Below are positions 36,433-46,603 of a DNA stretch of 64,000 bases, in pieces. Source of the DNA: a virus. Location of the stretch: positions 1 through 64,000 of the IMG/VR virus record IMGVR_UViG_3300046674_000362; one strand, 5' to 3'. A program made the position numbers and the translations under genes. Each line of letters begins with the position of its first letter. Position 1 is the stretch's first letter. The notes beneath the pieces are model-generated. The model saw nothing but the letters and a program-made list of their open reading frames with translations. It was not told the origin of the DNA and made no database searches.

Positions 36433-39400
36433 TTACACGAGGTAGTCTTTGATGTTCAGCCCCAGGTGCGCAAACAGCGATGCCACCGAAGCCACGTCCT
36501 TGCCATCGCTGAACTTCTCGCCGTCCTTGATGGTCAGGCGGAATGCCTTGCTCACGTTGTCGAACGTGCGGCCTTGCAATCCGGCTGCGCCTGCGGTGGC
36601 GATCTTTTCATGGGTCGGCGAACCGCGAGTCGTTTTAAGCAGAATGTATTCGTTGGCCTTGTAGAAGTAGCTCGCGGAATAGCGGTCTGCCGTTTTCATG
36701 TCGTCCAGGGTGCCCAGCTCGGCCGAGTTGACGCCCGGCACGCGGCGCAGCGCCTTGAGCATCCCGTCGAGGTCCACGCCTGCGGCATCAAGCGACTGCT
36801 TGGCGTTGTAGCCCTTGGCGTAGCTCCGCAGGCTCGACCAGATCGCGCCCACGTATTCCTGGGTGAGCTTTGCCGCCGTCGCCCAGTCCTTGACGTACAT
36901 GCGCGCCGAGGCCGGGAGTTCTTGGCTGCTGCGGGCATTGTCCGCGCCCGCCACCAGCTCGACATACTCGCCGGTTTCCTTGAACAGCAGCTCGGCGAGC
37001 GCGCGGCCGTTCTTCTCGTAGAAAGCAAAGTCCGGTGAATAGCTGGGCGCGGCCATGATTTCGCTCGCCAGCGTCCCATCCTGCACGGCCTTGGAAATCG
37101 CAGCATACGCTGGGGAGGTGATGACGTACTTGCTCGACTCAGGGAACAGATGCCAGCGCTCCACACCATCATCAATCTTGTTGCGGGTCTTGGTGTAGGT
37201 GGAGTACAGGTAGCCCAGTGCGTCCTCCAGCGAGTCGATTTCCGCGACTTGCTGCTCGGTGCGGAACCAGTTCAGCGCCCAGGTGTCCAGCTCGTCCGGC
37301 GACTTCACGCTTGCCACGCCGCCCGGCAGCGCCAGCTTGAACGCCTCGTCAATGTCCAGCGCGGCGAGCGCCTTGCCGATGGTCAGGCCCGGCGTGATGG
37401 CGTCCAGATCGGCCTTCGTGACACGCAGCTTGTGCGCCACGACGTACACGGCCAGCTCCTTGAACTTGGCTTCGGGCGTCGCATAGCCGCCGTCACCGAC
37501 GTTGCGCAGGTCGGTCAGGATGATCTGGCGATAGCCCTTGCCGTAGGACTGGATCAACGGCGCTTGCTCGGCCCTGATCTTGTCCGTCAGCTCGCCGCCC
37601 TTGGCATCCTGATCCAGCACGAACGGGAAGTAGGGCGCTTTGAAGCGGAAGCTGTCTGCGGTCATGGCGGCCGACGGAATCGGAACGTCCAGCGCCTCGC
37701 GCACGTCGGCCACCAGGGACGAATACAGCGACAGGTCGCTGGCCGTGAACGCGCCAACGGTTGCGATGGTCGCCTTGTCAGCCGCGACGGCGCGCGCTAC
37801 CGTGGCCGCCCATTCCTCGGAGCCGCGTGCGATGAAGGTTGCGCCAGTCATGCGCAGCAGCTCGGTATCGGTCAGGTCGGCCGGGTTGAAGCCCACCAGA
37901 CTGGTGCCGCGTCCGCGCGTCGGCTTGCGCACGACCAGCAGCTTGTTTTCAAAGTCCACGAAGCTGCCCACCACGGCCAGCGAGCCGGTCACGATTTCCG
38001 CCTCGCCCGCGTTGAAGGCGTCCAGATCGTCCTTGCTGTAGCCGTCGCCCGCGCGCATGTTGAAGCTCACGGCCGCCTCGTCCCTCATGCGGGTGGCGAT
38101 GCCCAGGTCTTTCTGCCAGTTCGCATAGGCTGCCGTTTCCTTCATGGCGTCGGTAAGCCCGCCGAATTCGGACGGCGCAACCGGCGTGCCGCGCGAATCG
38201 AGAGACAGGCCGCCCAGCAGCGAGAGCTGGTCCTTACGCTTGGATTCCAGTTCGGTGATCTGCCGGGACAGGCGAGCGGCCAGAATCGGGCCTTCGGTTT
38301 CGGACAGGCGCTCTTGCAACTTGTCGATGGCGCTGCGGGTCTGGTTCGCAGCCGCGAGCTTGGCCTTGACCCATTCCACGAAGCCGGTCAGCGGGCGATG
38401 CGCCGAGCCCTCGCCGTACTTGGCGAGCCACTTGGTCTGCGCGTCGATGATGCGCAGGCTTTGGAGCTGGGCCACGCGCACGGCCGCGCGCTTCTGGCGC
38501 TTCTGGCGCTGCTCAATTTCCTCGCTGATGCGGTTCATCGCGCCAGCGTCGCCGACGGCGTTCGCCAGCAGCTCGTAGTCCTCCTTACTCATATCGCCCT
38601 CAATCTTGATCGAGGTCGAATCGCCATTCATCAGCGAGCCGATCCAATCGGCCTTGATGCCCACGAGCTTGCGCTTGTAGCCGTCGAACGTGCCGTCGGC
38701 GTCGTAGTGGTACACGCTCACTTTCGATACCGGGTTGCCCTGACGGACGCCGCGACCGTTGCGCTGATGGATCGAGTCAGGCGTCCAGCCGATAGTCATG
38801 TGGTGGATCGCTTGGCAGCCTTTTTGCAGGTTGATGCCCACCTCGGCCTTTTTGTTCGCAATAACGACGGTGTATTTATTGTCCTCGCCATCGGCGTTGA
38901 AACCGTCCTGCACGTCCTGCATACCGGCCGTGTCCACGGAAACCGCGTTGACGATCTTGATTTTCGATGCCGGGACGCCCACCGCCTGCGTCAGCGCCAG
39001 CTTGATCTTGTGGTGCAAGCTCAGCTCATCGCAGAAAATGATCTGCTTGGCCTGCCCCATCCAGCGCGGCGTCGCGGCTTCGTTGCGGAAGTTCTCGATC
39101 ATCGCGGCCAGCTTCGGGCTGATGCTTACCGACGGCTCGATGTCTTGCGCCGCCAGCAGCTTCAGCAGCACGTCCTGCGTCTCGAAGTCGGTAGACAGCA
39201 GCTCAACAGCCCGGCCATCGGCGGCCGCGCGGGTGCGCACGGTGATGAGGAACTTGGTGACGGACTCGCCGGTTTCCACGTCCTTGACCACGCGGGTTTT
39301 GATGTCGGCCGGGTCAGCGTTCGGGTCGCTGTAGTCGCGTTCTTCGACAACGTTTTTCTTGTTGAATGCCGCGATGGCCTTGGCCGCACCTTCAGCCTGG

Positions 39401-42400
39401 GCCGCCGTGTGCTTGAACTTGAAAATGCCGCCGTCCAGCTCGCGGTCGTTGATTACCCGAGTCATTTTGCGGATCAGGTTGAACGGGCTTGCGGCCAGCT
39501 TTTCCTCGGCCGTCGCACCGCCAGCCTTGACTGCCTCGACCGCATCCATGTACTCGTCCTTGTAGCCCAGGATGGTGCTCATCGCGTCCGAGCCGATGTC
39601 CACCGAGACAGCCACCTCATCGGCATCCGGCACCGAGATATTCAGGCCGTCGGCCTTCACATCCTCGGCGGTCTTGATGACGGCAGAGGTTTGCAGCAGG
39701 CGGCGCAGAAGGCCCGCATTGGACAGGCCGCCGAACACGCGCACCGGGCGCATGATGCCGACAATGTTTTCTTCCTCGCGCTCGTCAATGTCGCAGGCGG
39801 CCGCCATGAAGGAATCCGCGCCGGTCACGCCGTACATGGAGTTGACTTCACGCTCGCCCAGCGCCAGCGTCAGCATCGCATAGACTTCCAGCGGGGAGTT
39901 CGTCACCGGGGTCGCGGTCAGCGACAGCACGCCATCGTTGCGCGGCGACAGGCCACGGATGAACCATGCTTTCGCCTGCATGTCCATGCCGCGCTGTGAC
40001 TTGGACGGGTCAGCCAGATACTTCGCGCCCTTGAACTGGGAGCTGGTCATCTTGCTGTTTTTGTAGTTGTGCGCCTCGTCCAGCACCAGCGAGTCCACGC
40101 CCATATCCTCGAAGTAGGGCAGCGCGCCGGACTTCTCGCCGGTATCCTTCACGGCCTTGGATTTGCTGTCGGCGGCGATGTTGGCCTTCTTCTTATTCGC
40201 ATCTTCCTCGGCCAGCAGGTAGGCATCATCGTTCTCCGTCAGGTATTGGATGTACGCCTGCATGGTTTCGTCGCGCAGCGGGATCATCTTGAACGCCTCC
40301 AGCGTCATGAAGATTTTGCTGTGACGGTTCTCGCGGATCGCGTTCAGGTCGGCTTTCACCTGGGCGGCGTCGATCTTGTCCTTGCCGTTCTTGCCCTTGA
40401 CCAGTCCCACGTACAGGCAATCGGACGTGTCCAGATACGCCTTGCCGCTTTCCTTCTTCCAGTTGGTCAGGGTGGCGTTCGGCACCACGAAGATGGTCTT
40501 GCGCTTGACGCCGATGCTCTGGCAATACTGGGCTGCCGCGAGCGCGGTCAGGGTCTTGCCGAGGCCCACGTCGAAGCCCAGGACGCCGCCGAAGTTGCGC
40601 GAGAACCGGCGCACGGCCGCATACTGGTAGGCGTGCGGGCGGAAGTCCAGCGAATTGAGGTTCGGGATTTCCAGCGGCGAGCCGTCCGGCTCCTGTACGA
40701 AGCGCAGCGCCTCGGGCGAGTTCAGGCGCGCATGGAGGCCCGCTTGCACTTCCTCGTTGGCGCGCGCCCAGGCGTCGAACTGGGCTTTCGCGCGGTCGGC
40801 GATTTCCTTGATGCGGCGGACCAATGCGGCTTCCTTGTCCGGGTCCGCCTCCACATCCACCTGCTTGTTCTGCGTCGTGATGTTCTGGTTCTTGAGATAG
40901 CCCTTGACGAAGCGCTGCATGGCCTTGTGCGCGGCGGCTTCCTCCTCGGATGCCCACTTGCTCAGCGACGGCTGCTTAATGTCGAACACGTCGCGGCCCA
41001 GTGCGTCCTGGGTCATGAAAATGTCCGGGCTCACGTAGGCGCGCAGGAATTCCAGCTTTTGCAGCATCGTGACGTGCGGCGTGAACAGGCTGAACGTCAT
41101 TTGCGACACATCGACCGGGTTCAAGCGGGCCTTGGCCGTCTCGTGCTGGCGCACCAGCTTGGTGCGGATCGCCGGATCGTCGCACGCTTCCAGCTCGGCG
41201 GCGGCCGCCTTCAGGAAGTCGGCATAGATGCCGGTGTAGTAGTCGTTGGCATGGATCACGGCCTTACCGTCGGCCGACACGCACCATTCCTCGTCGGTGA
41301 GCGGGTCGAAGCCCGAGAATGCCGCCTGCATCTTCTCGACCGGCACATAGCCCGATTCGTCCTCGGCTTCGTACTTGACCTTTTCGTATACCTGGGACGG
41401 GGTGAGGGCGATGGTCTGGAGGTCCGGGGCGATCTGGCCCAGCCAGAACGGGGTGAATTCGCCCTTGGTGCGGGCGGTGCGGATCGACAGCAAGCCATCC
41501 TTCACGACCTTGGCGGCGCGGCCGAGGGTCTTGTTGCCGTAGGACTGGACGCGCGCGAGCTGCGCCGACAGGACCGGGTAGCCGTCCTTGTAGTTGTACG
41601 GCTCAACGCTGCTGGCATCCTGCGACAGCCCCATGACGGCCAAGCCCGCGCTGATCGCTTCCCACCAGCTCTGGCGCTCGTTGTCGGCGAGCTGGTCGAG
41701 CGAATTGCGCACGGCCAGCAGCCAGTTCGGGGTGCTCATGTGGCGGCCCTTCAGGTTCTCGTAGGCGATCCAGCGCCCCACCTGATCCCACTTGATGCCG
41801 TTGTTGACGCAATCCAGCGGGGTCTGCACCTTCTGCCCGATGGCCTGCATTTCCTTGTCCTCGCCCACGTTTGCGTCGAGCGCGACCCATGCGCCATCCT
41901 TCCATTCGAGGGTTTGGCCGTTCGAGTGGATCACGTCGCCGTCGGCGTACACGATAGGGGCGGTTTCGGTCGTGTTCAACAGCTCCCAGTCGATGTGCGA
42001 CGCCGGGAAGCGCTTGATGAGCTTCGCGATGTTGCTGATGGTGTCGTTGTTGATGACGGCGGCGACTTCGCCATAGCGGCCGGTGGTCGTGCCTTCCTCG
42101 CCGAGAATGTACTTGCGGCCAGCGCCAACGAAGTATTTGCCGGACAAGAATTCATCCCACAGCACGCGCGCTTCGCCCAGGATGGCCGGGTTCTGCTCTT
42201 GCAGCTCGGCGATCTTGGTCGCGGCTTCGCGGGAGAACTTGCGGAACACGATCAGGTCGGTGGTCACGTCGGCGGCGGCCGTCGTGAAAATCGAGTTGGG
42301 CAGGCGGTACGCGCCCAGGAATTCGGCCATGAGGCTGGCGCTGGTGCGCAGCTTCGATTCCTTGCTCGACAGGCCGGACACGATGGACTTGGGCACGATG

Positions 42401-43236
42401 AACGCGGCCAGCCCGTTCGGCTTCAGCTTTTGCAGCGAGCGCAGGATGAAATACTCTTGCAGGTTCGACTTCTGGAACCGCTTGTCCTTGAGCGGATTGT
42501 CGCCGCGCATCGCCAGATCGCCGAACGGCACGTTGGTGACGACGGCATCGTAGATTTCGTCCGGCGTCGCGGCGGCGACTGCCTCGAACGGGGCCACGGT
42601 GGTGCTGACGGTCGGGCCGTCGTTGATCGCGCCATTGATCGCGCCCGAGGTCGCATCCAGCTCTACCTGCGTCATCACGGCGCTGGCTGGGCGGGTGGCG
42701 GTGAACACGCCGGAACCGGCCGACGGATCAAGCACGGTGCCGCCATTGAAGCCCAGCTCTCCCAGCAGGGACCACATGGCCGAGGCGATGGGCTTCGGGG
42801 TGTAATACTCGTAGGGCGAGCCGGTCAGGCCGTTTGCGTCCGTCAGGCCGCCACCGTTGCCGCTGTACTTCGCCAGGATGGCGCGCTCGTCATCCGTTAC
42901 CGCGACTTCCCCAGTCTTGATCTTGGCGAGCAAGGCGATGGCGGCATTGTTGTCCTTCTGGCGCTGGCCCAGGGTGCGCTTTCCTTCCTCGGGGTAGAAC
43001 CGCTGCGTATCGCTCGCGGGCGTGCCCTTGGTCGGTGCCGGGGTTTGGACGGAGGCCGGGCGCTTGCCCATCGCCTGCATGATTTCACGGACGCGGACGC
43101 CGATCTTCAGCAGCCGCAGGCGCGACTTGGTATCGTCGCCGAGGGAATCGCGCTCTTTCTTGAGCTTGGCAAACTCGGCCGCGAGCTTGAAATTGGCAAG
43201 TGGATTGCCGGGGGATGTATCGTCAAAGATTCTCAT
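36433..43236 (-). CDS. darB: DarB-like antirestriction protein: N6-adenine MTase plus SNF2 helicase (2267 aa)
   Basis: EYYTP, LDPSAGSG (motif I), TNVPFG (motif IV variant); FDVGLGKT, LDEAH, LTATP, GINLQ, QRNGRGVRQGN. Confidence 0.92.
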   Translation of the reverse strand: MRIFDDTSPGNPLANFKLAAEFAKLKKERDSLGDDTKSRLRLLKIGVRVREIMQAMGKRPASVQTPAPTKGTPASDTQRFYPEEGKRTLGQRQKDNNAAIALLAKIKTGEVAVTDDERAILAKYSGNGGGLTDANGLTGSPYEYYTPKPIASAMWSLLGELGFNGGTVLDPSAGSGVFTATRPASAVMTQVELDATSGAINGAINDGPTVSTTVAPFEAVAAATPDEIYDAVVTNVPFGDLAMRGDNPLKDKRFQKSNLQEYFILRSLQKLKPNGLAAFIVPKSIVSGLSSKESKLRTSASLMAEFLGAYRLPNSIFTTAAADVTTDLIVFRKFSREAATKIAELQEQNPAILGEARVLWDEFLSGKYFVGAGRKYILGEEGTTTGRYGEVAAVINNDTISNIAKLIKRFPASHIDWELLNTTETAPIVYADGDVIHSNGQTLEWKDGAWVALDANVGEDKEMQAIGQKVQTPLDCVNNGIKWDQVGRWIAYENLKGRHMSTPNWLLAVRNSLDQLADNERQSWWEAISAGLAVMGLSQDASSVEPYNYKDGYPVLSAQLARVQSYGNKTLGRAAKVVKDGLLSIRTARTKGEFTPFWLGQIAPDLQTIALTPSQVYEKVKYEAEDESGYVPVEKMQAAFSGFDPLTDEEWCVSADGKAVIHANDYYTGIYADFLKAAAAELEACDDPAIRTKLVRQHETAKARLNPVDVSQMTFSLFTPHVTMLQKLEFLRAYVSPDIFMTQDALGRDVFDIKQPSLSKWASEEEAAAHKAMQRFVKGYLKNQNITTQNKQVDVEADPDKEAALVRRIKEIADRAKAQFDAWARANEEVQAGLHARLNSPEALRFVQEPDGSPLEIPNLNSLDFRPHAYQYAAVRRFSRNFGGVLGFDVGLGKTLTALAAAQYCQSIGVKRKTIFVVPNATLTNWKKESGKAYLDTSDCLYVGLVKGKNGKDKIDAAQVKADLNAIRENRHSKIFMTLEAFKMIPLRDETMQAYIQYLTENDDAYLLAEEDANKKKANIAADSKSKAVKDTGEKSGALPYFEDMGVDSLVLDEAHNYKNSKMTSSQFKGAKYLADPSKSQRGMDMQAKAWFIRGLSPRNDGVLSLTATPVTNSPLEVYAMLTLALGEREVNSMYGVTGADSFMAAACDIDEREEENIVGIMRPVRVFGGLSNAGLLRRLLQTSAVIKTAEDVKADGLNISVPDADEVAVSVDIGSDAMSTILGYKDEYMDAVEAVKAGGATAEEKLAASPFNLIRKMTRVINDRELDGGIFKFKHTAAQAEGAAKAIAAFNKKNVVEERDYSDPNADPADIKTRVVKDVETGESVTKFLITVRTRAAADGRAVELLSTDFETQDVLLKLLAAQDIEPSVSISPKLAAMIENFRNEAATPRWMGQAKQIIFCDELSLHHKIKLALTQAVGVPASKIKIVNAVSVDTAGMQDVQDGFNADGEDNKYTVVIANKKAEVGINLQKGCQAIHHMTIGWTPDSIHQRNGRGVRQGNPVSKVSVYHYDADGTFDGYKRKLVGIKADWIGSLMNGDSTSIKIEGDMSKEDYELLANAVGDAGAMNRISEEIEQRQKRQKRAAVRVAQLQSLRIIDAQTKWLAKYGEGSAHRPLTGFVEWVKAKLAAANQTRSAIDKLQERLSETEGPILAARLSRQITELESKRKDQLSLLGGLSLDSRGTPVAPSEFGGLTDAMKETAAYANWQKDLGIATRMRDEAAVSFNMRAGDGYSKDDLDAFNAGEAEIVTGSLAVVGSFVDFENKLLVVRKPTRGRGTSLVGFNPADLTDTELLRMTGATFIARGSEEWAATVARAVAADKATIATVGAFTASDLSLYSSLVADVREALDVPIPSAAMTADSFRFKAPYFPFVLDQDAKGGELTDKIRAEQAPLIQSYGKGYRQIILTDLRNVGDGGYATPEAKFKELAVYVVAHKLRVTKADLDAITPGLTIGKALAALDIDEAFKLALPGGVASVKSPDELDTWALNWFRTEQQVAEIDSLEDALGYLYSTYTKTRNKIDDGVERWHLFPESSKYVITSPAYAAISKAVQDGTLASEIMAAPSYSPDFAFYEKNGRALAELLFKETGEYVELVAGADNARSSQELPASARMYVKDWATAAKLTQEYVGAIWSSLRSYAKGYNAKQSLDAAGVDLDGMLKALRRVPGVNSAELGTLDDMKTADRYSASYFYKANEYILLKTTRGSPTHEKIATAGAAGLQGRTFDNVSKAFRLTIKDGEKFSDGKDVASVASLFAHLGLNIKDYLV

Positions 43237-43281
43237 TGAGGGTCCGGTTTAGGGGATAAAAAAACGGGCAGCGCACTCGAA

Positions 43282-43323
43282 AGTATGCCGCCCGTCAACC
43301 ACACCAAAACCGGGGCTTTTCCT
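43282..43323 (-). promoter_or_regulatory. Late promoter element for darB
   Basis: AGGAAAA-N29-CATACT. Confidence 0.8.
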
Positions 43324-43338
43324 TGCGGATTTACCCTA

Positions 43339-45501
43339 TCAGCCCATCGCCTTGACCATGTAATCGGTGTACGCCTGAATCGCTTGGCCCCACAGCGCCA
43401 GCACCTCGGCGTCGCCATCGTAGGCCGTGCCCATCGCCTCGATCTTGTCCGCCAGATCATCGGCCCACATATCGGCGTTGCCGGAAATGACGCTGTTCAG
43501 GAACGCCATATCGTTGGCGCGCTGCGGGTTATTGACCGGCTCGGGATCGACGGCGGCAGGCGCGGGCTGGAATGCCTCGGCCTCAGCCCGCGCAGCAGCG
43601 ATCGCCTCGGCGGCGGTGCCGTAGGTGCCCACCTCTTGCGAGGGTGAGCCGCTGATGCCGCCAGCAAACGACGCCGACTTTTTCAGCTTGAACTGCGCTG
43701 GGGTGCCAAACACGCGAATGTTGAGGTTGAGCTTACCGCTCTCGCCCTGCACACCCTTAGCCCATTCGTTGCCGCTCACGTTCTTGAATCCGGCCGCCGT
43801 CAGCTCGGCCGATCCAGCATCAGCCACGACAGGCTCAGGCTCGACGGCCGCAGGTATCTTCCAGTCCAGCTCGGGCCATTCCTCGGCCATCACGTCCGTG
43901 ACTTCGCGCGCCAGATCGGGGCGGCCGGTGGCTATGTAGGTCGCCAGCTCGGCGCGCTGCTCGCCTGCGGAGTTGAGCACGCGGTACACGTCGATGCGGC
44001 GCAGTTGCGCCAGGGTGTCGGCAGCGATCTTGATGAGGGTGTCCATGCTGGGCTTCTCCTGCTGGGTTGGTTCCGGCACCGGGGCCGCCGCATTGGCGGC
44101 ATGCCATGCCTTGCTATAGGCGTCGTATGCGGCTTTCCATGTGTCGCCGCCGATGGTCAGGTTGCGCACCAAGTTCATAAATACCGGGTTTTGGCTCGGG
44201 GTCGAGGTCATGCCGATGGCGAATCCGGCAGCGCCCAGCTCGGCCGCCGACTTGATGATTTCGTCGGAGGTGATTTGCGCGGTCAGCTCCGCATCGCGGT
44301 TGGTCGCATATTCGATCTTCGCGGCGAGCTGGCGTGAGCGCGCGGACAGGGCAGGGGTCAGATAGCCCGCCTTGCGCTGCTCGGCCAGCAGCGTAAGCGC
44401 CTCCTGATGCCACAAGCCATTGCCGGTGCGAGCGGCGCGCATCGCCAGCACCTCGGCATGATGGTTGGCCGCTGTCAGGGCGTCGATGATGGCGCTGTAG
44501 TCCGCCTCAGTCATACCCTGAATCAGCGCCGTGGGCAGGGTCCATGCCTCATGCGTGAACGGGTCTTGCACGGCCTGCGCAATCGCGGCGGCCACCGGGT
44601 CCACGGTTGGCTCGGGCAGTGTGGCCATTGCGTCGATTTCGGCGGCCAGCTCGTCCGGGGTCTTGGTCAGATCATCCCTGATGCCGTTGATGGTCATGCC
44701 GACAACGTTCTTGCCTGCGCCCACCTGCCAGAAATCGAAGCGGGCGATGATGCCATTCTTCGACAGCACGCCGCGCTGCTGGCCGTCCCAGCCCAGGGCG
44801 CGCAGGGCATTGCGCACGTCCACGATGCGGCCGCCAAAGAAAGAGTCAAGGCGGTCTTGCCACTCGATTGCCAGCGCCTCGCTTTTCAGTACCTTGGCGT
44901 AGCCAGTCGGCGAGGTCGGGTCGAACTCGGGCACCGCCTCACCCTTGATCTTGCGGGTGAGCACGAGGACATCGCGCGCGACGCCCAGGATGTACAGCGG
45001 GTCAGCGCCGATCCTGATGGCGCTTTCGAGCGATTCCTTGCGCTCGCCAAGCTCGCCCTGCAACTGGAAGCCCAGCAGCGGGTTTGCCGAGTCCATCACC
45101 GGCACCGGGGCGGGCACCACTTCAGCTACCGGCAGCAGCTTGGCCGCATCCTCGGTCAGCACCGCGTCATACACGCTTTCATCCTCGGGCAGCTCGGCCA
45201 GGACGATGCTCGATTCGATGTTATCGACCACGGCGTACATGGTGACGCCCTCGCGCGGCTGCGGCGCGACCGGGAAGGCGACGGAGTAGCGCACGGCGCT
45301 GGCCGTAAAGCTGACGCCCACCACGATACCGGCGACATACAGGGCGTCGCCCTCGGCGTCGTTCAGGGCTACCCACACGCGGCCAGCAAGCGAGTTTGCG
45401 GACGGCAGGACGGACGCGCTCATAGCGTCGGCGGCCGCCTGATTGATGAGCTTGAAGCCGAGCCAGGAGGTCGGCAGGGTGGTTTGATTCGTGTCGGTCA
45501 T
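43339..45501 (-). CDS. Polyvalent Dar-associated protein with a DarA-C-like terminal module
   Basis: Start ATG 45501 (AAGGAG RBS); mosaic of short domains and Pro/Ala linkers; C-terminus aligns with two neighbouring proteins. Confidence 0.75.
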   Translation of the reverse strand: MTDTNQTTLPTSWLGFKLINQAAADAMSASVLPSANSLAGRVWVALNDAEGDALYVAGIVVGVSFTASAVRYSVAFPVAPQPREGVTMYAVVDNIESSIVLAELPEDESVYDAVLTEDAAKLLPVAEVVPAPVPVMDSANPLLGFQLQGELGERKESLESAIRIGADPLYILGVARDVLVLTRKIKGEAVPEFDPTSPTGYAKVLKSEALAIEWQDRLDSFFGGRIVDVRNALRALGWDGQQRGVLSKNGIIARFDFWQVGAGKNVVGMTINGIRDDLTKTPDELAAEIDAMATLPEPTVDPVAAAIAQAVQDPFTHEAWTLPTALIQGMTEADYSAIIDALTAANHHAEVLAMRAARTGNGLWHQEALTLLAEQRKAGYLTPALSARSRQLAAKIEYATNRDAELTAQITSDEIIKSAAELGAAGFAIGMTSTPSQNPVFMNLVRNLTIGGDTWKAAYDAYSKAWHAANAAAPVPEPTQQEKPSMDTLIKIAADTLAQLRRIDVYRVLNSAGEQRAELATYIATGRPDLAREVTDVMAEEWPELDWKIPAAVEPEPVVADAGSAELTAAGFKNVSGNEWAKGVQGESGKLNLNIRVFGTPAQFKLKKSASFAGGISGSPSQEVGTYGTAAEAIAAARAEAEAFQPAPAAVDPEPVNNPQRANDMAFLNSVISGNADMWADDLADKIEAMGTAYDGDAEVLALWGQAIQAYTDYMVKAMG

Positions 45502-45502
45502 G

Positions 45503-46603
45503 TTACTCCTTGAGCGCCGCGTCGGCCTGGGCAATGGCATAGGCCGCATACGCCTCTACGGCGGATTTGAACAGCGCGAGCATATCGGCATTGTCGGCGC
45601 TGGCCGCATGGATTTTCCCAAGCTCATCGGCCACGGCCAGATCGGACAGGTCCAGGGTGCCGCCGATCACGGCATTCAGGTAGGTGCGCGCCTCGGCGTG
45701 CTGGTCGGCGACCGGCTCAACCTTGACTTTCTTGGCGATGCCGTAGCCCTTGGACATTTCCGCGAATTGCTTGAGCTTTTCGGCGACCATGTGCGGGTGC
45801 GCCGCCAGCTCGCCGCCCGGCGTGAAGAAATCAAACAGCTTCGCCGCCCACGGCCCGCGAATCTTGTCCATGATCCCGTCTTTCGCGCCAATGTCGTGCT
45901 TCATGTTATTGATGGCGCTGCGCAGGTTCGTGTACTCGTTCGCATACTTGTTGCTGGCCGGGTCAAGGCGCAGCTCGCTCATGCGGTCACTGGTGATCGA
46001 CGCGACCATCTGGCGCAGGGACATTTGCTGACTATCGAACGTCCGGCCCATGCCTGCATACACCATCGCAGCGCGGCCAGTGTCGCCCATCGCCTCATAG
46101 TCCTTCTCGAAGTCCTCGGTAGTCTCGTAAGCGCCCCATTCCAGCTTGCGCTTTTCCGGCTCAGGGGCGTCGTCGCCCAGCTCGGTCACGATATGGCGCA
46201 GGCGGTCCAGATCGCCAAAAAACGTGTCGGCGTTCTCATCCAAGCGGCCGAGAATCTGCGCGCCCTCGCCGATCAGCTCGAAGGCTTCGGCCGGGCTTAC
46301 TGCGTCGAGCACCGTTGTCGTCATGTCGTTGTTTTCCAGTTCGTCCATTAAATCGTCCTCGGTCGGGAGAACGGTAATTCCGTATTTCTCGGACTGGCAA
46401 AATCCGTAAAGGTCAGCCGGTTCCAGGCTATCGAATTCGATCAGCGCGCCGCCGCGCCCGGAAATAGAATTCAGCCCGAGAAAAGCCTTGAAATACTCGA
46501 TTGCATCGGCGCTGCCGGTATATTCGACGCGGCTTTCCTCGTCATCGCCCCATGTGGCCTGAAACGCCCCGTAGGGCGTGACTGCTTTGTAAATCGTGGT
46601 CAT
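45503..46603 (-). CDS. Dar-associated protein with shared N-terminal helical module and DarA-C-like terminus
   Basis: Start ATG 46603 (ATGA overlap); the internal VLDAVSPAEAFELIGEG module matches the N-terminus of 46600-48483. Confidence 0.75.
   Translation of the reverse strand: MTTIYKAVTPYGAFQATWGDDEESRVEYTGSADAIEYFKAFLGLNSISGRGGALIEFDSLEPADLYGFCQSEKYGITVLPTEDDLMDELENNDMTTTVLDAVSPAEAFELIGEGAQILGRLDENADTFFGDLDRLRHIVTELGDDAPEPEKRKLEWGAYETTEDFEKDYEAMGDTGRAAMVYAGMGRTFDSQQMSLRQMVASITSDRMSELRLDPASNKYANEYTNLRSAINNMKHDIGAKDGIMDKIRGPWAAKLFDFFTPGGELAAHPHMVAEKLKQFAEMSKGYGIAKKVKVEPVADQHAEARTYLNAVIGGTLDLSDLAVADELGKIHAASADNADMLALFKSAVEAYAAYAIAQADAALKE

Noticed and set aside
37150-43239. Very long + strand ORFs (949 and 1056 aa) opposite darB
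   Set aside because: Antisense shadows of a GC-rich, codon-biased gene; no recognisable motifs or RBS.
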